Assembly: GCF_009914755.1 (NCBI RefSeq)
Contig: NC_060931.1
DNA length: 64,000 nucleotides
From: the human T2T-CHM13v2.0 reference genome, Homo sapiens
Direction: 5' to 3' (one strand)
A program made the position numbers and the translations under genes. Below, piece after piece: positions 12,250 to 25,494 of this stretch; positions within the stretch are counted from its first letter, which is position 1; each line of letters starts with the position of its first letter. The notes beneath the pieces were generated by a model that was not told the DNA's origin, ran no database searches, and saw only the letters and a list, made by a program, of their open reading frames with translations.

Positions 12250-12880
12250 ATTAATATTTATTTATTGAGTGAGGACAGTTTATCCATGGGTACTCTGGGC
12301 ACTGAGTTGAGGGAGACCACATTTCTGAACTTGAGAACTCAAAATTTCTAATCGGAATTATTTCTACACTGGTGTCTGGTAGTACCAATGGGTGCAGGAT
12401 GTGGGGAAGCATTGAGGGGCTCACCCAATTCACATCTTAGGGATAAGAATCAGAGAACACTTTGTAGAGAAGGTGTCAGCCCAGTGAGACTGTTAAGGAT
12501 GAATAAGGGATAAGGAGAGTATTTATTGTGTAGCATTTATGTGGGTTAGAGACTTTTAAAGATTATAAGCTAATGTCCTTCTTACAGTAAACCTTTAGAG
12601 TAGGTTCTCTTATTTTAATTTTACAAATGAGGATACTGACTCAGGTAAGATGACACAGCACGGAAGATGCGCAGTCAGGATGAAGAGAAAGACATACCAG
12701 GTAAGTGAACAGTTTGAGCTAGACTGGGGACCAGGGAGGCATGAGTCTGTCTGAGGAACATGGAGAATAAGTTTCTTTTTGTCTGAGAAAATAGGGATGT
12801 GAGTTGGCTGTGCAAGTGGAGTGACAAGCTGATTTTAGGAATTTGGACCTTTTGCTTTAGGCAGGGGATATTTAAGTCTC
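12250..12880 (-). mobile_element. L2 fragments with a MIR (about 12520-12670)
   Basis: L2-like 'tatttattgagtg...' and MIR core 'attttacaaatgaggatactgactcagg'. Confidence 0.55.
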
Positions 12881-13015
12881 AGTGGATGTCTGTCAGGGGC
12901 ATGAAGCTCCTGAGACGTGCTTGCAAAATACTGGGTATATATCCTGGTGTGCATTTCCTTGGTTAAAAAATCATAGCTTTTATGAGATTCTTAGCAGATT
13001 ACAAGATTAACAGAC
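12880..13015. mobile_element. hAT-Charlie fossil (MER103-like)
   Basis: 'ggggcatgaagctcctgagacgtgcttgcaaaat...gtgcatttcc...catagcttttatgagattctt' resembles the recalled MER103C consensus. Confidence 0.5.
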
Positions 13016-14764
13016 CCAGTGCATGACGGAAAATCACAAAAGACCCTTAATCAAGGGAACAGCCTTAAACAGATTTCACTGGTGGCCACACAGAGCAAGG
13101 TCAAGGCAGGGTGGGGGGTGTTGCTATTGTTGTGTGATAACAGGCAGATCCCCTGGGTCCAGCCACCCTCCTTACAGGTTGACCCCCTTGGTGGACACGA
13201 AGTTCCATGCAGGAGCACATTGGTATTGTAATTCAACCTAATGTCCTTCACATGGACCCAGGGCCTAGAAAAGTGGTAGCTGCTTAAGTGCAGTTCATTG
13301 AATGAAATGAAAAATGTGTCTGTGATGGTTGGATACTTCAATGAAGGTAAATATTAAGAAATAAAACAAGTAGCAAGTCAGGAACTGAATAAATTTAAAT
13401 AAAGGCAAACTAACCAAAAAAAACAAGTGGAGGATGGACCTCAAGGTCACTAGAAGCCGGCAATATTTGTTTCCTAGTCACAGCTTTTCTCAAGTTGAAC
13501 ACATAATGGCAGTTCAAATATTCCAAGTGTGAAGGGCAAAATATGAAATATTTGCAATGAATTAACAGAGAAGAAAGAATGTGGAATTTGATGGCAACAG
13601 CCCTGGAGTCCAGCCCACTGTCTCATGTTTGCTGTTGGAGGGCCCACTGCATGTCTCAGGGACTCAGGTGTCCTTAAAGAAAATCCTAGAAAACAATCTC
13701 AACCTACTTACAAGGTGACTATCTCTCTGGATAAAAGGAGACACGAATGCAAACAGGAATTGTTAACTGGAAAGCTTTTATAAATGTGATCGTGAAATAA
13801 CTAAAGTAAACTATGAATGATACATATTACTATCCAAATATGCAAATGTTTTATTAGTAATAGAAACACTTCTAAAATGGGTTCGCCGTGTGGCACTCAA
13901 AACAAACGTTTTTCTTGAACTAGTAGACCAGGAAGTAGGGAGAATGTTACCTTGAGTACACCTAAAAGAAATAGGGTAGTGATAAACTAATAATAATAAA
14001 GTGTGACTGAAAAGAATTGTCTGTTGGGCCATCAAAAAAGAACATTCTGTTTTCCTTTAATTAGCTCTTGTCACTTTTTCTCCTGTCAAGAAAAATGTGG
14101 TGCAGACATACATCTTTTGGGATGATCTCAAACTTCATTCTGCTGCTGGGCATTGTTTGCAGGGAAAAAAATTAACTTTTCAGATGTTACATATGAAATA
14201 AATAAAAGATCGTGTTCTACACTCATATTCTAGTTTCTGCTGGGAATCACTGCAGACTGTTTACATGGGTCAGGATGAATTCTCAAACACAGAAATAGGT
14301 TGGATCTTATTCCCGTTTTGGAGGATTGAGGGCCTGATAGGACAATACTTGGAAGCAAATCATAGTTTTATTTCTTTAGTGTAAAGGAAATTTGAGGTCC
14401 TGGGATACAGTAGGTGCCCAACAAATACTTAACCTCTTCGTAATAATTTAGTTAAGTTGTTACTACAAACAGGGAATGATATAATGATCAGAGGTGAAAT
14501 AAATTTGTGAGCACCTCCTCCAACATAAATCTCATTTCAGATTCAGTAAACACTTATCAAACGTCCACTTGTGCTGACAGTATGTTAAGAGTGAGGTGTA
14601 TAAAACGGTATCACCTCTGGTGAGGGGCTTGCAGGCAGATTAGCAGGAGAAATAGATAGAGAAGCTTAGATCATACCAACTAAGTGCAAAGTAGGATCTG
14701 ACCAGTGCTCAGTAAAAGCACAGAAGAGGATGAATCCTGGTTTTTCTTGGAGTTTGATGCATGG

Positions 14765-15040
14765 TATTTTAATTATACCCAGGATTTGTTTACAACAGAC
14801 ACAGACACAGAAATGACTGTCATAATGGAAGAAGTTTAAGCTCACAGTTCCCTGGAAGCAGGAGGCATGACATACCACAAGGGGCTTAGGATGAGCTAGT
14901 TTGAGTAATTTCAGCAGGGTCTGGAGTATTGACTGGGGCTTTTGTCTGTCACCTGGCCCTGGGGTAACTAAGAAAGGCCAACAGCAGCCCTGAGTGGAAC
15001 AGCCTTATAAAGGAGGTGGGGATGGGGTAGCGGAGATGGA
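14765..15040 (-). mobile_element. ERVL LTR fragment (MER74-like)
   Basis: 'ttttaattatacccagg...atgactgtcataatggaagaagttt...gctagtttgagtaatttcagcaggg...cctggccctgggg' resembles antisense MER74 with an internal deletion. Confidence 0.6.
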
Positions 15041-15374
15041 AAGGTATGGCCCAGAAAAGCTGGAGCCTTTAGGAAGGAAGAAGGAAGGCAGGATATTGCA
15101 ACGTTTGCAAGGACTTTGAGGCTTCAGTGGGGGCTGCAGAGAACAGACGGGCAGGGGACCTCGGGTCTGGTGGGTGTGAGGAACAGGAAGAGAAGAGGAA
15201 AGTCACTCCTGCCCACCTGCTCTAGTTTCCTACCAGAGTAGTCTATTTCCTCTCGCCAGCTTATCTCATGAAACAGCTCTTGATACTTCCAAAATGTGGA
15301 ATTGGGAAAATCTGCCACTGAAAGAGAAGAATTAAAGAATAAAAATAGGATGACTTAAAATGAGAGCTTACAGA

Positions 15375-15530
15375 ATGGGGACAGAGAAACCTGACTTGAA
15401 ACCCACCTATATCATGTCATTGACTGACAGAGAGAGTTACTTATTCTCAATTATCTAAGCCTCAGTTTCCCTATCTGTAAAACAGAGATAATCACAACAC
15501 ATGTGCTTTGAAAGAAATAAATGAGTTAAG
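15375..15530 (+). mobile_element. MIR
   Basis: Core 'tctaagcctcagtttccctatctgtaaaacagagataat'. Confidence 0.7.
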
Positions 15531-16339
15531 TCATGTTCACTCCCTGTGGCCATTCACTAGAAGTCACTGTATGCTCTCTTGTGGTTAGCCACATGTGGAC
15601 CCAGCAGGGCATTTAAAAGCATTTCACTGGATAGCATGTGACTCACTTTGACCTGAGCTTTCTGCAAGGCCATGTGTGCATGAACTAGTAATGGCAAAAA
15701 GAAAGTAATCGCTGAAGCCAGTGCCAACAGAGACCAGTAAGTCATGACCCAGTTATGTACACTAGGCATTAAGGGTTATTTTTCATATGAAAGTTCCAAA
15801 ATATTTCCCCATATATAACAAGTCATTCTCTCAAAATACTCTACAAGGGAGGTATAATATCACCTGTTTAACAAAGAGGAAAAAGATGCCAAAAGAAACT
15901 AAGTGTGTCAAATTCTCAAAACCAACTCATCGGTGATACCTACCTGAACACAGGATGCTAATTTGAAGTCTAACACATCCCCCCAACCCTTAGTCACTGT
16001 GTGAAAAATGGGAACAAGTGTGCAATTTGCTTTGCAAAGAAAGGGGAGAGAGGAAGGGCAGGGGTGGTTCCATGTTGTATGAGTTTGAGAGGTGCTGGCT
16101 CCTGCAATACCACGCCCTCCTCCTGAGATGCCTATGACCAGTACCACAGTAAAAACTGACAAGATTTTCCCAGAAGGAAGTCACCTTAACTTTGAGCTAG
16201 CATTTCCCAGTTATTCTACTGAAGTTACATCTTAAATAACATGTTAATGTCTGCCCTTGGGAAATGCTGATAAGTTGTGTTGTCATGTCATTACAGTTGC
16301 TTTGTTTTAAAACAGTTATATTTGAACCCCTTTTCCACA

Positions 16340-16714
<375 letters not shown>

Positions 16715-17184
16715 TGATGTTCAATGAAATGCACACTTAAATGAGAAATTTCCTCCTAGACTCACTGAATTTATTCATACAAATTAGAATAGCAAGGATT
16801 TCTTGTGGATGCTGTATTACTTGAAATCTGCAAATGATGTTTTTATGCAGAAAGAAAAGAAACTGTTAAAACGTATCTCAAAAAAGCAACAATGCCTAAT
16901 AAAGATAAAATACAAAAGTTTAAATAATTGTATAGTTAAAGAAAGATTCTTATTAGATTCAAGATGAATATCTGTTTTAGTTACCTTTCTTTAGCAAGAC
17001 TATTTTCCCAAATTCAGCTTCTGTACTTGGATTCTCACACTCAAATCCCGCTCAGCAGTGTGGGCCTAACTGGATACAATTTACATGGCCATTTTCCATT
17101 AATTATTTAATTGATTAGCCACATGTAATATGAAATATGTTTTAAAAGGCAGAAAACTGTAAATGTTAAATTTATTTATTTAAA

Positions 17185-17521
17185 TGCGACACTTAGCCTC
17201 AGTAACCAACTTAACCTCTTGCTACATTTGGACTTTGGAATCGCCATTGGCCGAAGTACTACCATCATCATTAGATAATTTAGCCAAAGTTAATACCAGG
17301 GTCACCATAACCATCCAATTAGAAGTAACATATCCCAGTCCAACTATAGAAAAGCTATTTCTTACAGCACTATCGCAAGTCATAAGGGATGTCCCAATCT
17401 ACATTTTATATGAACCCCAAACCCTGTGAGGGTTTTTCACAATGTAACTTCAAGAAGCCAGTTCCCCCTTTGCTTCACATATCACTGAACAAAAGGAATT
17501 TTCTTGGAAACTTTATCCAAC
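17185..17521 (+). repeat. Inverted copy of ERV env segment 474-810
   Basis: Reverse complement of 474-810; I count 24 mismatches in 337 bp with no indels (about 93%). Confidence 0.95.
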
Positions 17522-17524
17522 ATA

Positions 17525-18500
17525 TTCTGGTTATTAGTATTATGTTTGAGTTTCTATTAAAATCTGAGCATTTGGGGCATTATGTTCTAAAACTATGGAT
17601 TTTATTGAATTCTGTGCCTGTTTTAGTGGCTTCCTCTGACACTTCAGCTGAGGAAGTGGCCCACTGCCTCTACCTCGCCAGATGGGGTAGAAGTCAAGAT
17701 TCTCCACCTGGGTCTATTTACACTGAGTGTGGGGAGAGACTCCTAGTTTTTCTGGGTGGAGGGGGGGGGTCGTAAAATCCATGAGGCCTCTGCTATTACC
17801 TGGGCAGGAGAAGAGGTTCTGCCTTTTAGTGCTTCCCCAGAGGCCTTCACAGACACCCGGCAAGGGGTCTTGGCCTCCTTACTGCTGGGCAGGGGTGAAA
17901 GTTCTGACATGTCTCTGGTGGAGCAGGAGGACAGCCTAGTAGTGGTGGAAGCCCTGCCCCACATCTGCCCCACATGTGTGTGGTTTCTGTTACACTGGGG
18001 AAGAGGGGTGGCATCCACTAGGTGAGGATATGAGTCTCATGTCCCTATTCTGCGTTCCCTAACACCTCCTCAGCTGCAGGTTGGGGTTGGGACACTTCCC
18101 TGCAGCCTATTGTTCTGGCCAGTGAGGGTGGAAGTCTGGGGTCCCTGCCTGGCTTTTCCTGGCCTGGGTGGAGGTGGGGCCACAGTTTTTCCCTGGTATT
18201 TGGCTGGAGTGGGGACATTATTGTCTAAAAGTTTCCTGTGTTGCTAGGCTGCCCCTTTCCTGGTGCTTTGGCTAGACACAGCGAGCTTTTTCTTGGGGGA
18301 TTGCATTTATTTATTCATTTTGTCTGTGCCTGTTGGCCTTTCCTCATTGCTCACTTGTTGAGATCCAAGTCTGTAACATGTGATGCAAAAAGAAAAAACC
18401 AGGGCACTCACCACCACATCAGGCCTTGGGTCTGAAGGTCCCTTCCTGGGCTGCCTTCTCTCTCCCTGCCAGTGTCTTTTTATGTTGGTTCATAAGAGAC
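17525..18500 (-). mobile_element. Old L1M 5'-region fragment
   Basis: GC-richer degenerate repeats ('gcttcctctgacac...ggggtagaagtc...', 'tggctggagtgggg...tgtctaaaagtttcctgtgttgctaggctgcccctttcctgg') typical of antisense L1M 5' regions. Confidence 0.55.
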
Positions 18501-18689
18501 ACTGGCAGGCAGAGAGGCATTATGTGTAACGCCCAAAAGTTTTTGTGGGAAGAATTGGGAAGTACATGTGCTCCTCTTTCTCAGTTCAAACCCTTAACCA
18601 CTGCTCATTTGTAACTTACTTTTCTGCCATCTGGAATCCCCAGAAAAAGATAAATCCCACTCACTGCCCTTCCACATAGGAGCTTTCCA

Positions 18690-19100
18690 TATTTGAGAAG
18701 AGCAGGGTTACCCTCTGAGACTCCTCTCTCCAGGCTGCTGCCCGTGTCCTGGGGAAGCACGACCTCTCACCCAAGCAAAAAATCCCAGCGTGGCCTAATC
18801 AGGTGAAATAGTTCACAGGCGTCCTCTTGGCCACAGGGCTCCAATCGTAACAGGTGATGTCTACTATCTAATCATCAATTGAATCATACTGAGCTTGTAA
18901 TCAACCCATAAATAGCTGGAGGTCTTATTCCTATGAATGTCTAAGCTTTTCTAAGTCCCTGTTCTTGCAGGGTTTGGGGCAGAACTTTCCTGCCTCTGTG
19001 ATGTTTCACTTGTTTGATTTGGGTCATTGTGTCATCGATAGTGCCCCCATTGTGAACACCTGGGCTGTCTCCTACTGGAGACTTGCAATCCACTGCCATT
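18690..19100 (-). mobile_element. L3/CR1 fragment
   Basis: 'ctcctctctccaggct', 'tcatactgagcttgtaatcaac', 'tttcacttgtttgatttgggtcatt' resemble antisense L3. Confidence 0.45.
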
Positions 19101-19208
19101 TCTGTCCTTTAAAGAAGATGAACTCATAAAGGAAAGGCTACTCTAACCAGCCCTGAAATGTTTGTGAATTATTATATATGATTCTTATTAACAGTAGTAC
19201 AGTATTCA

Positions 19209-20414
19209 TTCATATCCTTTGCCCACTTTTTGATGGGGTTGTTTGTTTTCTTCTTGTAAATTTGTTTAAGTTCTTTGTAAATTCTGGATATTAGCCCTTT
19301 GTCAGATGGATAGATTGCAAAAATCTTCTCCCATTCTGCAAGTTGCCTATTCACTCTGATGATAGTTTCTTTTACTGTGCAGAAGCTCTTTAGTTTAATT
19401 AGATCCCATTTGTCAATTTTGGTTTTTGTTGCCATTGCTTTTGATGTTTTAGACATGAAGTCTTTGCCTATGTCTATGTCTTCAATGGCATTACCCAGGT
19501 TTTCTTCTAGGATTTTTATGATTTTAGGCCTTACATTTAAGTCTTTAATCCATCTTGACTTGATTTTTGTATAAGGTGTGAGGAATGGGTCTAGTTTCAG
19601 TTTTCTGCATATAAAGAAGACATTTATGCAGCCAACAGACATATGAAAAAATGCTCATCATCACTGGTCGTTAGAGAAATGCAAATCAAAACCACAACGA
19701 GATGCCATCTCATGCCAGTTAGAATGGCAATCATTAGAAAGTCAGGAGACAACAGATGCTCTAGAGGATGTGGAGAAATAGGAACGCTTTTACACTGTTG
19801 GTGGGAGTGTAAATTAGTTCAACCATTGTGGAAGACAGTGTGGCAATTCCTCAAGGATCTAGAACCAGAAATACCATTTAACCAGCAATCCCATTACTGG
19901 GTATATATCCAAAGGATTATAAATCATTCTATTATAAAGACACATGCACATGTATGTCTATTGTGGCACTATTCACAATAGCAAATACTTGGAACCAACC
20001 CAAATGTCCATCAATTATAGACTGGATAACGAAAATGTGGCACATATTCACCATGTAATATTATGCAGGCATAAAAAAGGATGAGTTCATGTCCTTTGCA
20101 GGGACATGGATGAAGCTAAAAACCATCATTCTCAGCAAACTTTCAGAAGAACAGAAAACCAAGCACAGCATATTCTCACTCATAAGTGGGAGTTGAACAA
20201 TGAGAACACATGGACACAGGGAGGGGAACATCACACACCAGGGCTTGTTGTGGGGTGGGGGCTAGGGGAGGCATAGCATTAGGAGAAATACCTAATGCAG
20301 TTGATGGGTTGATGGGTGCAGCAAACCACCATGGCACATGTTTACCTATGTAACAAAACTGCACATTCTGCACATGTACCCCAGAACTTAAAGTATAATA
20401 AATAATTTTTAAAA
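19209..20414 (+). mobile_element. L1PA (about L1PA7) 3' fragment with 5' inversion (twin priming)
   Basis: 19209-19612 antisense ORF2 and 19613-20414 sense ORF2 end, 3'UTR and A-tail; TSD core agtacagta at 19196-19204 and 20415-20423. Confidence 0.95.
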
Positions 20415-21496
20415 AGTACAGTAATGATGAAAGAATTCTACTTTCTTCCATAAAAGTAGAAATAAATCTTTTCATTCTAAAGCTTAAATTTCTCCAATTT
20501 GAATTGAGTTCATATTTAATGATTGTAATATTATAAAATGCAAACTTAAAACTGAGTTTTCCTATTTGCTGTACTAAAAAAAATTTCATTAAATTTCTGT
20601 ACTAATTAGTGGTAACTTGTACAATTTGTGACTGCTTTTACATTTACAAAAATAACACCACATCTAGTATCTAGAGCTTTCCTCAGTGTATTTGAATTCT
20701 CCCGTTCATATGTGTTTAATTTGCATGTAACCTACCAGACACATAACTACTATCTATTAGGGATCAGTAAAGAAAGGAAAACGTTTCTTAAATATATTTG
20801 CATATAAGCCTTTGATGACAAGCAGATGACACCTGCAAAATCTGGAAGACAAATATGGAACAAAGTTATGAATCTAGGAGTTTCCCGAAGACACTAGCAA
20901 ATTGCCTACCAAGATGTCAGCAGCAGGCAGTACTTAAGTCAAATTAACCTAGGCCACAATCTGTGCCAGGACCCTTCAGGCTCAAACTCTAATTTTCTCT
21001 GTGCGCTGAAGCAGATGTGCACCTCAGAGATGGACTCACTTCAACAAAGACCTCATAGAGCCTGGCGGGTTTTGACTACCACCTGCCGATAGCTCTCAAA
21101 GTTCAATAACTACTTTCCAACCCTCTTCAAATAACTAATCCTCCAGGGCTATTTGTGTGTGGTCAGTCTGCTTCAGAGTACCATGGGCTCCTTGGAATTG
21201 CTTTGTCCAAAGTAGAAGTCGTTCTTTCTCTCTCAACTCCTGTGTTCTCCTGCACACACAGTCTTCCTGGGAGAACACCATTTGCTCACTCCCTCACACC
21301 AGCTCCCTGGGGACTTGCCTGACTACTCCCTTTCTCTCTTACTAAGTTTGTCCATTATGCCTTCTAATAGTTCTCCAATATTCCATCTCATATTCATTCT
21401 TCTATGATTAACCTTGCTTAAACTGTTGTCATAATTTCTGTGACTACAACATAAATCTTCCAAATGGATCCTATCCTCCAAGTCTCTTTGCTCTAT

Positions 21497-22320
<824 letters not shown>

Positions 22321-24326
22321 TGTTTCAACCAATCCATGTTCCACCTCTCAATCCATTGGCTGTCTCTCGATCCATATTCCACCTGCTACCAGCAAGTGAA
22401 GTGCTCTGCTGACTCTTCACTTCCTCCTTCCTGACATCTGCCTGTGGAATAGAGCCTAGTGTTCCCTGAAGCCTGACTTCTCTGCCCTGCCCTGGGCACT
22501 GCAGGTGGAAGTTTCCACATCACAACTCGAAGGCTACTAGTGGAAACACTTCCTCTCCCAACACCACCCCCCGCATGGGGCACTCTACTTAGAGGGTTGC
22601 TTTTCTGTCCCCTTCTCTGCCTCAAAGTCCTTTCCTATTACTCCTTTAAGGCAAAATAAAACAAAAACACAAAGCTGGCCAAACTGTATTTGTCATTTTA
22701 GAACCAGCTCAAGGGTGTCATTTTCTCCAAAGTGCAGTTGGTGCCACTACCTCCTCCTTGACAGGTAGATCATTGCCCTGGGCTGTGTCCCACTGGGTCG
22801 CTTTCCAAAGTAAGTCATAGTAACACCTGCATGCTATCTTTCTCCCCTACCAGGGAGCTCACTATCTCAGAAACCCAGGAAGCTCCTTTCTAAGGAAATA
22901 CTTGGATGAATAAATGAACTCAACAGCAATGCCAGTGTTACTAATTCACAAAGATAAACAAAAATCCTCCTGCAGGTTGGAATGCACAGTGGTTTGACCA
23001 GGCATTTTTTTCCCATATTTGGAAAACTGGCAAAAGCAAGGCTTTATGAGATACAGGATCAGAAAAAAATGAGAGCAGGTAATCTAAAAAGCGTGGTCAG
23101 GGCAGTACAGCTGTGGTTTTTGCAAAGTAGCAATTGCTGTCCATGGGTCAATTGTCTTATCTGCCTCTGCCACAACTACTGTCTTTTCTCTGTGTTCATG
23201 GCAATTCCCTGACTCTTTGGCCAATGCATTATCTTTAAAGATATTTAAACATATACAATCCAGCCTTGTTAGCCTGAGGTCCATTCTGCCTTTTCTGAGT
23301 AGTTTTTTATCAACCTACCACCTGAGTCACTAACCACTTACTATAAATTTACATCAATCACATTTCCTCCATTCCTGAGTTTATGTGGCCACGTGATAAA
23401 CAGGCTCATACATTGGTGTGTCTCATCGCAATTTTTAATGTTTAAAAAAAGGGTGTAAATGCTTAAAATCATATTTTCTAAATAAGTGAAACAAATGTTA
23501 AGCTTTTAAAAAATTTCGATTTCTTACTTACAAAATTTATTTGTTCTTAATTGCTGAGAGTTTGAAATCTGTGCCTGTCTGAATCTTTCATTCACATGGA
23601 CATAGACATTATCATCCAACATGAAGTGACAAGGCATTTGACAGAGTGAACATGGAGGAAGGCCACTCTTATCAGTGTGAAAGATAGTTGCATCCTATGA
23701 GGATAGAAGACACAGAAGATAAAATCTGAAATACAATAAATATGCACTTGTTTATATTTTTCTCTTCTATAATTACCATAGTGACCTCTTACCTGATAAA
23801 AATGTCAACAGAGATGGTAGAAGATGGGTCTCAGCTGTGCTCTCAACAGATTCAACATGCAGAAAACTAGTTTTCAGGGTCACAAAAGTTTAACTCATTT
23901 AATGAGCTTATTCTTACATGCCATTATTGAATTAAAAGCATGATTTAGTACTGCAGGGTGGAAAAAAGCAAACTGCATTGCTTTGACAGATAAATTCCTC
24001 TCTAGCTTCTTTTAGCAATTCCTAGCATTTGGAATCGCTTCCTATTTAATATTTTTTGTTGTCCTTTTTCATTTTTATTCTCAGTAGTCATTCTAAATGT
24101 CTTTTTAAACTCATAATGATTTAAACTCCTAGGAGGCTGTGTGAACTTTGACAAATGACTCAACCTTCCTGGATGTCAATTAAACACTACATATTTGCTG
24201 GGCTTTAACAATCTAAATAAGATTTTATTCTTCCTTTACAGATACCTTGACATCTCTTATTCTTCCACGTCTTCATAAATTGTATGTCTAACTTTCTCTG
24301 TTGGGATGTTTGCACCAATAACACAA

Positions 24327-24513
24327 CAGTGGTTCTCTGACTTGAGTGTGCCTTAGAATGAGCTGGAAGTCTTGACACAACGCAGGCTGCTGGGCCCAGT
24401 CCTGAGGTTCTGACTCACTAGGTCTCGGGTGGGGCCTGAAAACTCGTGTTACTCACCAGCACCCAGGAGCTGCTGATGCTGCTGATGTGGCTACCACAGT
24501 TTCAGAACCACTG
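24327..24513. mobile_element. MER5A (hAT-Charlie MITE)
   Basis: TIRs cagtggttct / agaaccactg and MER5A body 'ggtctcgggtggggcctgaaaa...tgctgatgctgctg'. Confidence 0.9.
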
Positions 24514-25101
24514 CAATACAGACATCTTCTCAAGGGTGCAGAACACAGAGCTTAAAAGATGTTTGCATGCTTTACAAACATATTAAGATCCAAATGTCCA
24601 TAAAGAAAGATGTTCATCTCCTTACCTTTTAACTGATGTCCAGATCACCTATTCAGGTTATCTTTGGACTCGGAGATGAGGTGATACATGTGGAGAATTT
24701 TCAAACAGTAAAAGCAAGTGATATGCATGGAAGGGAACATGACCATCAGTAGCCAGTCATGACTAATTCTGAAATTTAATCTTTCAAGGCTCCCTCATTC
24801 CTCCTTTTGTCTTTGACTCTGCTCTTCTTACCTGCCGGGTGTAAAGGCAAACAGCACCTCTTTGAGCTCAGATGTGTTCTTTACTGGCTGGGAGGCCATG
24901 GGCACCTTACCTCAGTTCTCCCAGTGGAAGAACTCCCATAGAGACACTAGATGGTTTGTGAGGGAACCCCAGCTTTGATTTCATGACTCCTGCATTTGTA
25001 TTTTTAAGTATAAATTACTGTCAAGTAAACTCTTCTTCACACAGAATGTGAAATTCATCTATCCTTCTGCCCACTCATGCATTTATTTATGTATTAATTT
25101 A

Positions 25102-25494
<393 letters not shown>

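Noticed and set aside
17184-17775. ORFs of 81 and 128 aa as a possible novel gene
   Set aside because: They are the frameshifted env copy running into antisense L1; no promoter or splice support.
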